From: Malacoraja senta | Lineage: Eukaryota | Direction of reading: 5' to 3' | Length of the DNA: 64,000 bases | Assembly: GCA_038087875.1 (NCBI GenBank) | Contig: CM075988.1 | Coordinates: 15,316,001 to 15,380,000 of the forward strand | Shown here: one piece after another, positions 38,085 to 52,709 of the stretch | Position numbering within the stretch: position 1 is the first letter of the stretch | Layout: every line of letters starts with the position of its first letter | Translations under genes and position numbers: made by a program | The notes under the pieces: generated by a model | What the model was told of the DNA's origin: nothing | The model's database searches: none | The model's input: the letters and a program-made list of their open reading frames with translations, nothing else

Positions 38085-40335
38085 TCAAGTCAAGTCAAGT
38101 CAAGTCACATTTATTTATATAGCACATTTTAAAAAACAACTCTTGTTGGCCAAAGTGCTTTACATTTGTTATAAGAATAGCACAAACAAAGCAAACTACA
38201 TACATATATACACGTAGCCCTCACTCAGAGGACATCAGGAAAGGCTTGGGAGTATAGATAAGTCTTTAGTCCTGACTTAAAAGACTCGATGGAGGGGGCA
38301 GTTCTGATGGGAAAGGGGATGCTGTTCCACAGTCTAGGGGCTGCAACCGCAAAGGCGCGGTCACCCCTGAGCTTATGCCTAGACCGCGGGATATTCAGCA
38401 ACCCCAAGTCGGCCGATCTGAGGGGCCTGGAGGTGGAGTGGTGGGTGAGAAGACTTTTTATGTAGGTGGGGGCAAGCCCATTGAGGGCTTTGTAGACATG
38501 GAGGAGGATCTTGAAGTTTATACGGAACCGCACAGGGAGCCAGTGGAGAGAGGCCAGGATCGGGGTGATGTGGTCCCTTTTTCGGGTGCCCGTCAGGAGT
38601 CTCGCTGCGGCGTTTTGGACCAGTTGCAGGCGGGACAGGGAAGATTGGCTGATGCCAGTGTAAAGGGAGTTGCAGTAATCTAGGCGGGAGGAGATGAATG
38701 TGTGGATGATCTTTTCGAGGTCATCAAACTGGAGGAATTGTTTTATTTTAGCTATCGTCCGAAGCTGAAAGAAGCTAGCTTTTACCACGGCATTGACTTG
38801 TTTGTCAAATTTCAATGCTGAGTCAAATATCACGCCAAGGTTTTTGACGTGAGGTTTGAGTAGTGGGGTAAGGCTTCCAAGGCTGCCTGCTATCATTTTG
38901 ATTGAGTCCGAGGGGCCGAGAAGGATGACCTCAGACTTACTCTCGTTTAGTTGGAGGAAGTTCTGGGCCATCCAACACTTTATATCCTCGAGGCAGTGGG
39001 TAAGGTTAAGCAGATTTGATTGTTTTTTCGGCTTCAGGGGAGATAGAGTTGTGTATCGTCTGCGTAGCAATGGAAAGAAATGCCGTGCCTTTCAATGACT
39101 TGGCCTAAGGGGAGCATATAAAGGGAAGAAGAGAATGGGGCCAAGGATGGAACCTTGTGGAACCCCACAGCAGAGATTAGCTGGAGAGGAGAAAGAGTTG
39201 CCTATGTTAGTCGAGAAACTCCTACCTTTGAGGTAGGAGATGAACCAGCTCGGGGCAGTGCCATCAATACCAACCCCATACGGTCAATTAGGATGGTGTG
39301 GTCGACAGTATCAAATGCTGCGCTGAGGTCAAGAAGGAGCAGAATTGCACAGTCGCCGGAGTCAACGGTGAGCAATAGGTCATTGTGTACCTTCAACAAG
39401 GCAAACTCTGTGCTATGGTGAGCCCTGAAACCTGATTGGAAAGTTTCCAAGATAGTGTTTTGGTGAAGGTAAGGTATAAATTGACTTAAAATTACCTTTT
39501 TAAGGGCTTTTGAGAGGAAAGGCAGTTTAGAAATGGGTCTGTAGTTGCTTGGCAAGGTGAGGTGGAGGTTAGGTTTTTCAGGAGTGGTTGGACCACCGCA
39601 TGCTTGAAGCAGGTAGGTACAGTGCCAGTGGCCAGAGAGCTGTTGAAGATGGCGAGGATGCTGGGACCAGCTGTTGTAATGACGTCCTTTAGGAGGGCAG
39701 AGGGACAGTGTCGAGGGGGGCAGGTAGTAGGTTTCATGGTGGTGATCAGTTTTACAAGGGAGGGTAGAGTAACGGGTTGGAAACAGTCTAATTTTGATGA
39801 GACAGCCAGGTCACGGGTGGGAGGGGAAATATTCATTCTTATGTTCTTTACCTTGCTGGTGAAAAATGTGGTAAATTCCTCGCACTTAGCAGGGGACCCA
39901 GTTAGGCTGGTGCTGGGGGCAGGACAAATGATGGAGGTGATGGTGCTAAAAAGGACCTTGGAATTTTGCGCATTTTTGGAGATAAGGGTGGAAAAATATT
40001 TAGTTCTTGCAGATTTTACCGCTTCCTGGTATTTGTGAAGATTATTTTTCAGGAGTTCAAAGGAAATTTGAAGCTTATCAGATTTGTACTTCCGTTCTGA
40101 TTTTCTGCATTCTCTTCTTAGGGCTCTGGTGGTATCATTGAGCCACGGATTGCCATTAGGCTTAGGCTTTTTCATTTTAAGAGGAGCAACAGAATCCAGG
40201 ACGGAGGGGCAGGTATTATTGAATAAAGAAATTAGGTCGTCGGTACTGAGATGGGTGGTGGACGCCTCAATAGTGCAGATGTCGGGGCCTCAGAGAACTT
40301 ACTGGCCGTCGTGGAGTTAACGTAGTGGGAGTAGC
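38085..40335 (-). mobile_element. 5'-truncated L2 LINE (RT region, frameshifted) in OAF intron 3
   Basis: ORFs 39492-40175, 39202-39555, 38225-39070 with NYRPISKLPFLSK, FQSGFRAHHSTE, LLLLDLSAAFDTVDH, HITPILASLHWLPVRFRINFKILL; (TTGAC)n tail at ~38085-38107. Confidence 0.93.
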
Positions 40336-40412
40336 GAGCAGGGAGATGGGATTTTGAGGGAGAGAAAGGCAGAGATATATCGAATATAATAGCACTATGA
40401 TCAGACAGATCA

Positions 40413-40676
<264 letters not shown>

Positions 40677-40686
40677 TCAACAACAA

Positions 40687-41200
40687 CATAGACAATAGAC
40701 AACAGGTGCAGGAGTAGGCCATTCGCCCCTTCGAGCCAGCACCGCCATTCAATGTGATCATGGCTGATCATCTCCAATCAGTACCCCGTTCCTGCCTTCT
40801 CCCCATATCCCCTGACTCCGCTATTTTTAAGAGCACTATCTAGCTCTCTCTTGAAAGCATCCAGAGAACCTGCCTCCACCGCCCTCTGAGGCAGAGAATT
40901 CCACAGACTCACCACTCTGTGAGAAAAAGTGTTTCCTCATCTCCGTTCTAAATGGCTTACTCCTTATTCTTAAACTGTGGCGCTTGGTTCTGGACTCCCC
41001 CAACATCGGGAACATGTTTCCTGCCTCTAGCGTGTCCAAACCCTTAGCAGTCTTATATGTTTCAATGAGATCCTTCGAAACTCCAGAGTGTACAAGCCCA
41101 GCTGCTCCATTCTCTCAGCATATGACAGACCCGCCATCCCGGGAATTAACCTTGTAAACCTACCCTGCACTGCCTCAATAGCAAGAATATCCTTCCTCAA
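40687..41200 (-). mobile_element. CR1 LINE 3' fragment
   Basis: Reverse-complement match to 9118-9553; RFTRLIPGMAGLSYAERMEQLGLYTLEFRR. Confidence 0.9.
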
Positions 41201-41245
41201 ATTAGGCATAACAGGCAAACATAAACAGACAGACTGTTGGGGAGT

Positions 41246-41495
41246 GGGGCGGCACAGTGGTAGAGTTGCTGCCTTACAGCGCCCGCGACTTGGGTTCGAT
41301 CCTGAACTCAGGAGCTGTCTGTGCGCAGTTTGTACGTTCTCCCTGTAATCACGTGGGTTTGCTCCGGGTGCGCCGGCTTCCTTTCACACTCCAACGATGT
41401 GCAGGTTTGTAGGTTAATTGGCTTCTATAAGTTCCCCCTAGTGTACAGAATGTGAAAGTGGAATAACAGAAGTGGTGCAAGAGTGATTGTTGGTC
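41246..41495 (+). mobile_element. V-SINE (HE1-like), 3' part interrupted
   Basis: gggttcgatcct B box and V-domain. Confidence 0.75.
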
Positions 41496-42366
41496 GGAGA
41501 TAGACACAAAACGCTGGAGTAACTCAGCGGGCCAGACAGCATCTCGGGAGAAAAGGAATAATTGATGTTTTGGGTTGAGACCCTTCTTCAGACTGAGAGT
41601 CAGGGTGAAAGAGAAACAAGAGACATAGATGGTGATATAGAGAGAGAGATAGAACAAATGAATGAAAGACATGCAAAAAAGTTACGATGATGAAGGAAAC
41701 AGGCCAAAGTTTCAGGAACTGTTTGGATTGGAATCATTCAATAAGAAGCTACTTGTCAGAGGTCTGCAAGCAGACTTCACAATGGGGTCGTAGAGTCTTA
41801 CAGTGCAGAAACAGGCCCTTTGGTCCAACTTGCCCACACCGACCATCATGTCCCCTCTACACTAGTCCCACTTGCCTGCGTTTGACCCATATCCCTCTAA
41901 ACCTGTCCTATCCATGTACCTGTCTAATTGCTTCTTAAACATTATTAAAAGCATTAAAACAATATTTATTAAAAGCAATTGTGTTATTAAAAATGTTATT
42001 AAAACAATATTAAAAGTGGTTACTATTGATTTCTGCTGAAGTGCCCAGACCAAGATTTAGTTCTAACCAGTTATATTGGGACTAGAAGGAGAGTAGCCCC
42101 ATTCTGGAAGGCATGAGTTAGGAGCAGTAGATTGACTGCCCCAGAGCTTGCTCCAGGAGGTCACATCTGAACTGTTGTCATCTCAACACCACACACCCAG
42201 CTACCCGCAGTAATTTTTCACCATGTTATTCACTGAGAATTTACCTACATCTGCCTTGCAACATTCAAAAACAATCTTCCATAAACTAGGAGGCAAACAC
42301 AGTACACACTTGTCCAGATGTGGTCTTAATACAGCTGAACTATAACCTCTCTACTTATGTATACCG

Positions 42367-42747
42367 TAGGTACACCATCGATTTTACAGCACCCTTGGTT
42401 CCAGAGCCTTGCCGGGTTATCCATTTTGACGGACCAACAAAGGATTCATTTGTTGTAATAATAAACTAATTATTATATGTAATACTTAATAACATGTAAT
42501 AATAATTCAATAATTCCTCTGATCCACTAATTATACCCCTCCGTGTCTCTAAAACCCCATGGACTGACAGAAACTTAAATAAAGAATTAACAATTAACAA
42601 AGAAGTGAACAATTAATTCTGAAGGAGCTTAGGAGCTTAGGCCTAAACTCCTGAAGGAGCTTAGGCCTCCCACAACCCTCGCATAATTTTGTCCAGATTA
42701 ATGGTGGTCCCGGACCATCAGTTGCCGGAAAATCGGCGGGGAACCTG
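42367..42747. mobile_element. Tc1/mariner (pogo/Tigger-like) MITE
   Basis: Imperfect TIRs aggtacaccatcgattttacagca / tgccggaaaatcggcggggaacctg followed by TA; AT-rich interior; interrupts a CR1 remnant. Confidence 0.6.
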
Positions 42748-43760
42748 TATTCAGTTCCCTTCACAAATAAAGACTAATATTCTGCTTAATTAATTGCAGC
42801 ACTAACATACCAGGATTCTCAGATCCCTCTGCATCCTCTCATCTTTGGGGTAATTTGCCTTTATTTTTCCCGCATGATTGAACAATTTTACAATTTCCCA
42901 TGTTCCACTCCATTTGCAGGATCTCTGTGCATTTATTTGGATGATGTATATCCCCTTCATGGTGCCCTTATGTCCTCTTCACAACTTTCCTACCCACCTC
43001 GTGTTATCAGCAAATTTAGTGACATTATCTTTGGTGCCTTCGTCCGAGTAATTGATGAAATGTATAAAGTTGGGGCCTCAGCACCAATTACTGCAGTGTG
43101 TGTTCCTGGCATCTTGCCAACCGGCAAAAGACAAATTTTGTTTCTCTTTGGTTTCTGTTAGATAGTCAATTTTCTACCCAAATCCATTTATTTATTGATA
43201 TACCATGAGATTTTACATTCCACTATAACCTTTGGAGCAACACCCAGTTGATACCAATAAGTAAACACCTTTAGGACATTTTAGCATCTCCACCATTTTC
43301 CCCTTTATCATCAGCCTATTACTCATTTAAAGAATGCCAATAAACTAAATAATTGTGATTATTTTTCCCCCCCCAAGTACCCTGCTGCCACATGTTGTAT
43401 AACAGTTTCTGACTTTTACATCAATAAATCAACACTGATTAGCAACCGCATCACCAACACCTCCGCTCTCACCCAGTGATCGGAACAACATGCTTTCCTG
43501 TCTCAAAAACAATCTGCTTGAGGAACTTAGTTGGTCAGGTAGCATAGTCATAGAATTAAGCAGCACAGAAACAAGCCCTTCTATCCAACATCCATGTTGA
43601 CCAAGATTGCCCATCTAAGTTAGTCCCATTTGCCTGCTTTAGATCCATATCCTTCTTAACCATTCCAATCCATGTACTTGTCTAAGCGTCCTGTAAATTT
43701 TGTTATTGTGCATTTACAATATGTCTACAATACAGCAATTACAATGTACGCTGCACTGTG

Positions 43761-44060
43761 GGGTGGCACGGTGTCACAGTGGTAGAGTTGCTGCCTTACA
43801 GAGCTAGAGACCTGGGTTTGATCTTGACTATGGGTGCAGTCTGTACGGAATTTGTACCATCTCCCTGTGACTGCGTGGGTTTTCCCCGGGTGTTCCGGTT
43901 TCCTCCCACTCCAAAAATGTACAGGTTGTAGGTTAATTGGCTTCAGTAAAAATTGTAAATTGTCCCTAGTGCATAGGATAGTGCTAGTGAACAGGGATCA
44001 CTAGATGGTGTGGACTTGGTGGGCCGAAGGGCCTGTTTCCGCACTGAATCTACACTAAAC
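43761..44060 (+). mobile_element. V-SINE (HE1-like)
   Basis: Full head, V-domain and tail gggccgaagggcctgtttcc. Confidence 0.85.
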
Positions 44061-44149
44061 CAAATTATTCTACCTGCCTCAACTACTTTCTCCGACAGCT
44101 CATTCCATATATACGCACCACCCTCTGCATCCATTGAGAAAAATGGTTA

Positions 44150-44440
<291 letters not shown>

Positions 44441-45472
44441 CTATTTCAAAGAGAAGAAAGGAGTAAAAAAATGACCAACGATGTGTGAGAATGGAGATGT
44501 CAAACAGTACAAGAGCCCGTGTGATAATCAGTTCAGTTTTGTTTATTATTGTCACGAATACCGAGGTACAGTGAAAGGTTTTTTTCTTGCGCACTATCCA
44601 GTCGGCGAAAAGACTACACATGTTTACAATCAAGCCATCCACAGTGCACAGATGCAGGATAAAGGTATCATGTTTTGTGCAAGATAAAGGCCAGTGAAGT
44701 CTGATTAAAGATAGCTCGAAGGTCTCTACTGAAGTAGATGTGAGGTTAGGACCGCTCTCTAGTTGGTGAGAGAACTGTTCAGTTGCCTGATAACAGGTGG
44801 GAAAAAACTGTCCCTGTATTGGGACGTATGGTATGGAGGTGATCAGATCTTCTGCACCCTTCTGCTTCTGGACCTGCTACTGTGTAGTGAAGCCAGTAGT
44901 GTACCCCATTGAAAAATATTTAATTTAGAAATTCTGGTGCAGATCCCCCAATTAAGGTTATTTAGGAAAAAATGTGACTGCAGGAGTCCTTTCAGATTGT
45001 ACCTTTCATAACCTTTAGGGACAGGATCACTGCCAGGTCTCTCAGTTCTTCTCCATCCTATCCCACCCCTTTCCCAGCCCTCCGCCAGTGGCACTTTGTG
45101 CTTACAGTCCACAATATCACCTGTGAGAACTAAAATGTCTGCCCACATGATGGCGCCAGATCCTCACAAACCCATTCAAGTGCTTGTTCGCTACTCAAGA
45201 TTATGGCCTCTCATTGCAGAGGAATTACTTCCATATCCAACTCCTCTCACCCTCTCGCCACTTCCCTGCCACCCATTCCCGACATTAATTTACACCATCT
45301 CATCTTCTAACAATAAATGAAAATCAGAACGCTACAAAGTCTTGTACAAGTGTACAGGGGAGAACATACAGTGTAGGAAGGAACTGCAGATGCTGGTTTA
45401 AAACAAAGATGGACACAAATTGCTGGAGTAACTCAGCGGGACAGGCAGCATCTCTGGAGAGAAGGAATGGGT

Positions 45473-45500
45473 GACGTTTCGGGTCGAGACCCTTCTTCAG
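45473..45500 (-). ncRNA. Minimal hammerhead ribozyme core in a Penelope terminal repeat
   Basis: Minus strand reads CTGAAGA-A-GGGT(CTCG)ACCC-GAAAC-GTC: core CUGANGA, stem II, GAAA, palindromic mini stem III and a GUC site. Stem I is weak. Confidence 0.6.
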
Positions 45501-45931
45501 TCTGACGAACAATCTGCTTACCTATCATAGCATGAGAGACAGAGTTAGACCATGAGACCATCAGACATAGGAGCAGAATTAGACCATTCGGCCCATCGAG
45601 TCTACTCTGCCATTCAATCATGGCTGATCTATATTTTCCTCGCAACCAAATTCTCCAGGCTTCTTCCTGTAACTTTTGGCGTCCTTCATAATCAAAAACC
45701 TATCAATCTCCGCATTACAAATACCCAATGACATGTCCTTCACAGTCAGGAGTGAAAATGAATTGCAGGGATTCATTACTCTCTGAATAAATTAATTTCT
45801 CCTCAAGAGTTGATTTTTCAGAATGAAGGGTTTTCAACCTGAAATGATAACTCTGCTTCTCTTTCCACAGCTGCTGCCCGACCAACTATGTGCTTCCAGT
45901 ATTTTCTGTTTTATCTCACCTTTAACCAATG

Positions 45932-46520
45932 TGCGGCACGGTGGTGCAGTTGCTGCCTTACATAGACCTGGGTTTGATTGTGACTACGGGTGCTGTCTGT
46001 ATGGAGTTTGCACGTTCTCCACGTGAGCTGCGAGGGGTTTCCCCCGGGAGCTCCGGTTTCTTCCCACACTCCAAAGTAAAGTAAACTTTATTGTCAATTC
46101 AAATAATGCAACAAGTAGTTACACAGAGGATTGAAATTGCGTTTCCCCATACTCCAATGTGCAAGTAATATTTATAACACAGATGGACAATATACCAATA
46201 AAGATAGACAATGGACATATACATTATATAAAACATTCACAGTGTGCCAGAGTGTAGTAAAATTTTGAGGTATGTTATTAAGGTGCAATAATAAAAGGTG
46301 CAATATAGAAAAGTGCAAATAGCATACTGCAGATATTGAGTTAAAGTTAATTTGACAGTCAGTTGGTCTTTGTTTGTGTAATGTTCATGGAATTTTCTTG
46401 AGTGTGTTGAGTAGTCTGATGGCCTGAGGGAAAAAGCTGTTTTTGAATCTGGTGGTTTGCATAGCACGGACTCTGTGGGCCGAAGGGCCTGTTTCCATGC
46501 TGTATCTCTAAAGTAATCTA
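45932..46520 (+). mobile_element. V-SINE split by a minus-strand Rex-type LINE 3' end (~46076-46460)
   Basis: SINE head 45932-46075 and tail 46465-46520 flank an insert starting aagtaaagtaaactttattgtca. Confidence 0.7.
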
Positions 46521-47221
46521 AACCAATGGAGAGAATTCATTTGATGTACAACAGTTCTCCCACTGACACCGTGGAACAGGTCAGCTGGCTAAATATAACC
46601 ATTGGAACATTGATCAGCCCAATGTTGTAGAGACCTTCCCTTGCAAAGGAGTTCATTCTCAAAACCATCTCATTAACACTCTCCCTCCACCACCCCCCCC
46701 CCCCCCCCCCCAAATTACACTTCCCCACCCTCGTCCTAACAATCGGATCCATTAAAAGATTAAAATGCAACTAATGTCAACCCTCAGGGCAGCTCATTAG
46801 AAAGTTGTAGATTTGCAACCCAGCACAGGAAAGACTGTGTTTCCAAACAATAAAACTTCTGAGAAAGTCGCCTTTGATCTGTCTCTGGCTCAGATTATGT
46901 GTCACATTTTGCAATCTCTCCCTGTCCCTTATCGAATGTTATAGAAACATGAAGGGATAAAATAATCCACTTCCTGTTGATAAGCAGATACAAGTCTGAA
47001 GTTGAACGAAGTCCAATTAGGAAAGTCCCTATGGAACTTACCAGGAGCCGAAAGCAGAGAAACCCGGCTAAGCCACTGCAGTAACTCAGCGCTGCAGGGA
47101 CTCAGTCCTGCTCCACGGTTTGCATTTCAAACAGATTAAAATGGAAACGGTGATATGGCCAAAACAGGTGGACAGATTTGTGTTGGATGACAGAACAGTG
47201 TTTTCCAAATATATTGCTATG

Positions 47222-47510
47222 CCTCAGTGGTGCAGCAGCAGCTGCCTTACAGCGCCAGGGATCCAGGTTCGGTCACGACTATGGGTGCTGTCTGTACGGA
47301 GTTTGCACGTTCTTCCTGAGACCACGAGGGTTTTTTCTGGGTGCTCCGGTTTCCTCCTACATTCCAAAGACGCGCAGGTTTGTAAGTTAATTGGCTTCTA
47401 CAAATCATCCCTAGTGTGTAGGGTAAAATTAGTGTATGGGTGATTGCTGGGCGCCGTGGAATTGGTGGATTAAAGGGCATGTTTCTATGCTGTACATCAA
47501 AACTAAACTA
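47222..47510 (+). mobile_element. V-SINE (HE1-like)
   Basis: Head, V-domain and aaactaaact tail. Confidence 0.8.
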
Positions 47511-47929
47511 ATTTCTATCTGGCAAATTAGAAAATCAGACCTGATCATTATAATTTTTGATTAGTAGAGAAAATGTTTGTGACAGGCACTCTATGTGATG
47601 CAGTCACACTAACCAATGTCTGGTATTAGATTTAGCACAGCAAATAACGTTTATGGAAAAAAATGATCACAAGTTCAAATCCAAGACCAGGCAGAAAGAT
47701 AAAACTCCAAGATGACTTTTCATTATAGTTCTGAAGGACCATCATTGTTCAAATGTGACAACCCTGGGATTCTTCCACCCTCTCAGACACCCCCATGGCA
47801 CTACAAAGCAGTGTGCCAATTATTAACCAACACCATCTGAAAGATATTAACTGGTAATTCAACTCTTATTCTGCACTCTCTTTGGATGCAAAGGACTCAG
47901 TCATTAAGAGGTAAAAAGCATTAAACACA

Positions 47930-48695
47930 TAACATGGAACAGAACAGGCACAGACCCTTCAGCCCACAATGTCTGTGTCAAACATCAGGCCAAGGCAAAT
48001 TGTTAACTGCTTGCACATAATCCATATCCTAACATTCCCTTCATATCCATCTGCTTATCCAAACGTTTCTTAAATGGTACCATCATATCTGCCTAACCTG
48101 CAGCAGTGCATTCCAGGCACTCACCACCCTCTGTGTAAAAAAAACTGTCCCTGCACATCACCTTTCAATGCTGCCTCTCTCACCTAAAAACTATGGCTTC
48201 AGGCATTTGATTTTTTCCATTCTGGGAAAAAAAAGTTCTGACTCTCTACCATGTCTATGCTTCTCATAATTTTATATACATCTATCAGGTCTCCCCCACA
48301 ACTTCTGGCATTCAAGTGAAAACAATCCAAGTCTTGTCCAACCTCACCCTGTAGCTAATGCCCCCAAATCCAAGGCATCATTCCAGTAAACCTCCTCTGT
48401 GCTCTTCCAGTTGCACTAAACGTTATTCCCTTTATCCTGTTTCTGTACACTGTGGACGGTTTGATTATATTCATGTATAGTCTCTCCGCTGACTGGAGAG
48501 CACCCAACAAAAAAGCCTTTCACTGTATCTAGACTCCTCCAGGTACACATGACAATAAACTCAACTAAACAAGACAAAACCTGCACATCCTTACTGTAAT
48601 AAGGTGACCAGAACTGCACGCAATACTCCAAATGTGGCCTAACCAAAGAACTATGAAGCTGTAACATGACTTTCCGACTCTTATGTTAAATGCCC
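47930..48695 (-). mobile_element. CR1 3' fragment with a nested Rex-type tail (~48410-48570)
   Basis: [28 protein letters not shown]. Confidence 0.8.
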
Positions 48696-49549
48696 CAACC
48701 ATTAAATGAACGGGGATGCTTTGAAGATGTGGAAATGTTAGCAAGATCACATTGAATCAACCAATTTCCTTGAGAAGGTGTGGGTGATACAACTGGCTGT
48801 CTGTTCACTTCAGGGCACATTGATGGTCATCGGGTATCAGAGGCCAATGCCGACCTGATTAGACGGATACAGTAGTCATCTCTTCCCAAGCTGACTGGGG
48901 GCTTGGGCAATGATGCGGCTTCCTTGTTCATACAAACCAAAATATTCAGCTTCAAGAACAAAATGAACTCAATCTATGTGTTTCAGTATTGGCTCTTTCA
49001 CCTGGGCTGATCTTATTCACATTGAATCACTAGTTTCTGACTACTGAGCGAACAGTTTTATGCTTTGAGAACTCGTGCCGAGCATGATGATAGGAAGACC
49101 ACAGGAGAGGGTTGAGGCAGAGAGTGGAGAGGCCTCCTGACATAGAGGGCAGTCAATCTGTGCTTTGCCTTCCAATTTCTGGATCACTTGCGCTAAATGA
49201 GTCGCTGTCTGACTGGGCAAGAGTTGGGATAATGGGACCAGCAAGCCTCCTGGTTAGTTTCCAGCTCTGAAAATCACATCGTGGCAACAAGCCCATTTGA
49301 ATTGCCCAAAGAATTTTCTCCTGGAGTTCAAGGTCGGGGGCTGGTGTTCATGTGATGTGGAATCAGGCAATGTCTCACTGCATTCAAGTTTGTGTGCCAA
49401 CTGCCCATTACCTCAGCCCTGGTTTATTTTATTCATTAATCAGCCCTGGTGTATGGCTTGATGCAAAATACAGACTGAATTGAAATTACTAAATGTATCT
49501 GAACTCATAATTTAAAAAAAGCATAAAGCTAGACTCCTCCAGCAGCTGT

Positions 49550-50695
49550 CTAAGCTCGCTTTAAGCAGAAGACATCCATCCTGTCAGACTCGAGTCTGCC
49601 TTTTCCCAGGGTCACTGTTGCAGAAGTTAGATCAGTTTTCTTGAGGCTGAACCCATGGAAACCAACTGGCCCGGATGGAGTCCCTGGCCCCGTCCTTTGG
49701 AACTGTGTGGACCAACTAGCAGGAGTGTTCATGGACATCTTTAATCTCTCCCGACTCCGTTCTGAGGTGCCCACCTGCTTCATGAATTCCATTATCATCC
49801 CAGTGCCAAAGAAAAGCAAGATCCCATGCCTTAATGACTACCGCCCAGTGGCCTTGACATCCACCGTCATGGTGCTTTGAAAGGCAGCTTCTGCCACACA
49901 TTAAATCCAGCCTACCAAGCAACTTTGACCCACCCGCCACAACAGGTCCACGACTGATGCCATGTCCCTGGCCATACAATCATCCCTGGAACACCTGGAT
50001 AAGAAGGACACCTACATCAGACTAATATTCATAGGCTGGAACTCTGCTTTTAATACCATTATCCCAACCAAGCCCATCTCCAAACTTGTGGAACCCGGGA
50101 GTCAGCAACTGGATCCTCGACTTCCTGACCAACAGACCACAATGAGTGAGGATAGGTGACAAATAATCCTCTACAATAACACTGATGCCACGCAGGGATG
50201 CGTTCTCAGCCCCCAACTATACTTCCTATATACTCCAGACTGTGCAGCCTAATAGCAATCTAACTCAATTCACAACTCAAGACAACATCACTGTAGTGGG
50301 CCGGATATCAAATAATAAATAGATGGAGTACAGGAAGGAGATTGAAAACCTCGTAACCTGGAGCCAAGACAACAACCTCTCCCTCCATGTCAGCAAGACA
50401 AAGGAGATAGTGATTGACTTCAGGAAGTGAAGGAGTACACACACCCCCGTAAACACTGATGATGCCGAGGGAGAGATGGTCAAAAGCTTCACGTTTGGCT
50501 TAGGAAGTTCGGCATATCCCAACAACCATCACCAACTTCTGCAGATGTTTCATAGAAAGCACTTTATTGGGATGCAGCACCGCCTGGTTTGGGAACTGCT
50601 CCACCCAAGTCTTTTTTTGTAATCATGTATAGCATGCAAATAAAAGCTTTTGAATGTACCTCGGTACACGTGACAATAATACATCAAACTAAACC
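49550..50695 (+). mobile_element. Degenerate Rex1/Babar LINE (RT plus 3' tail)
   Basis: [68 protein letters not shown]; tail gtacacgtgacaataa. Confidence 0.88.
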
Positions 50696-51739
50696 ACACA
50701 CACACACACACAATGAAAATGGAGAAGAGTGCTGCCTGCTTTGGGCTGTAAACACTGCCGCAGTCCCCCAGCAAGTGGAGTGCCCTGTGCCGCTGGGAAC
50801 TGTTTAATGAAAAGCCTGGACACATGCAGACCCCTAGCTGGCCCCTAGAATTCTCCACCAGATGTTTGCAATGTTGTTCCGGAGAAACCTTTCAACCCAC
50901 CAGGAGGTGACTCAGGCTGTGATCAGTTTTCAGACTCTGAATCACTGAGTGTTGTTTTTTTCGCCATTCACTGTTTCCCTGTTTATTTTCATTCTCCAGC
51001 TCTGTACTTTAATGCTCCCTCCCCTTCTGGATGAGTTCCAGAGTCAGAGCTAACACTGCCCCCCTGTGTTCCTGCTCCTTGTCATCCTCCCTCTTTATCT
51101 AAGTTGTTGTCCATCCCAAATTACTGAATTAATACATCATTATTTTATTGGCTTTCCATAGCCTGGAAGTTTGCCTCCTCCCCTCCCCCCTCCCCAAAAT
51201 GTGCTCAAAACCGGACACTTGGTCTTCATCACTTCCACTTGGACACCGTCACTTCGAGAAAAAGATCTCAGAACTTCCACGGTTGTAAACGAGTAATATA
51301 AAGGCAAAGTCTAATATGGTGCTAGGCAAATTGGCACTCAGGTCTTTAACTCTTCAAAAACTGTGTCCTACCAGGACGCCTCATTCCTCAAGCATTAACC
51401 CCATGAGGTTTGGTCTGAATCAAAGCAAACTAGGCCGGGATTTGGGGATCCAAATCCATCCACCCATTCACCACTGGCACAGTGTGCATTCATCCCTGGC
51501 CTCCACAGTTCCTGCAGTTAGACAAGAGAAAAGCAAGGAGACCCCAAGAGATCCAACAACATACAGCTGGGCATCTTTGCACCGACATCAATGCCAACAA
51601 AACACTGGCTGTACATGCATTAGTAGAAGGGAGAGAGTGACTGGCAGTATCTAGAATGAAGACACCCTTTTTCTACAACTTATGTTCATATAATCACCAT
51701 ACATGGGGCGGAAGGCATGGTCAATATTCACAAGTTAGA

Positions 51740-52018
51740 GTAGAATGAGGCCATTCGGCCCATCGGGTCTACTCCAGCATTCAATCATGGCTGACCCCTG
51801 CCTCCTAATCCCATTTTCCTGCCTTCTCCCCATAACCCTTGACACCCGTTCTAATCAAGTATTTGTCTATCTCTGCCTTAAAAATATCTACTGACGGCCT
51901 CCACAGCCCTCTGCGGCAATGAGTTCCACAGATTAACTACCCTCTGCCTAAAGAAGCTCCTCCTCACCTCCTTTCTAAAGGAGCGCCCTTTAATTCTGAG
52001 GCTATGACCTCTGGTCCT
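51740..52018 (-). mobile_element. CR1 3' end
   Basis: RTRGHSLRIKGRSFRKEVRRSFFRQRVVNLWNSLPQRAVEA. Confidence 0.85.
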
Positions 52019-52074
52019 AAAGATTGACGGATTATTTTGAGGCAATGTCCAATAATGCAAGGAGTGGCTGTTGG

Positions 52075-52365
52075 TTTAGTTTTAGTTTTAAAGATACAGT
52101 GTGGAAACAGGCCCTTCAGCCCTTTGAGTCCATGCTGACCAGCGATTACCCGTTCACACTAGTTCTATCCTACACACTTTACAGAACAATTTACCGAAGC
52201 AAATTCACCGACAAACCTGCACATCTTTGGGATGAGGGAGGAAACGGGGAGCACCCGGAGCAAACCCACACAGGTCACTGGGAGAACGTGCAAACTCCGC
52301 ACAGACAGCACCCGTGGTCAGGATCAAAGCCGGGTCTCTGACGCTGTAAGGCTGCAGCTCTACTG
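52075..52365 (-). mobile_element. V-SINE (HE1-like)
   Basis: Reverse-complement copy with a tttagt tail. Confidence 0.8.
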
Positions 52366-52469
52366 CTGGATTCTGTCCACGTGGCAGGGTTTTGGTCTAA
52401 ATTCCGAGTGTGGTTTTGGAATCTGTTGAAAAAATTGTGTGCTGATTCTACCCAGGATTTAAAAACAGA

Positions 52470-52675
52470 GATAGGCACAGAATGCTGGAGTAACTCAGTA
52501 GGTCAGGCAGCATCTCTGGAGAAAAGGAATAGATGATGCTTCGGGTCGAGACCCTTCTTCAGACCCGAAATGTCACCTATCCCTTTTCTTCAGAGATGCT
52601 GCCTGACCCGCTGAGTTACTTCAGCTTTTTGCGTCTATCTTCAGTTTATACCAGCATCTGCAGTTCCTTCCTACA
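52470..52675. repeat. Fold-back Penelope terminal-repeat element
   Basis: Arms ~52470-52550 and ~52562-52640 are inverted copies. Confidence 0.8.
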
Positions 52676-52709
52676 TATTTACTCTGATCTCTCGCTTTCC
52701 TTCCTCACA

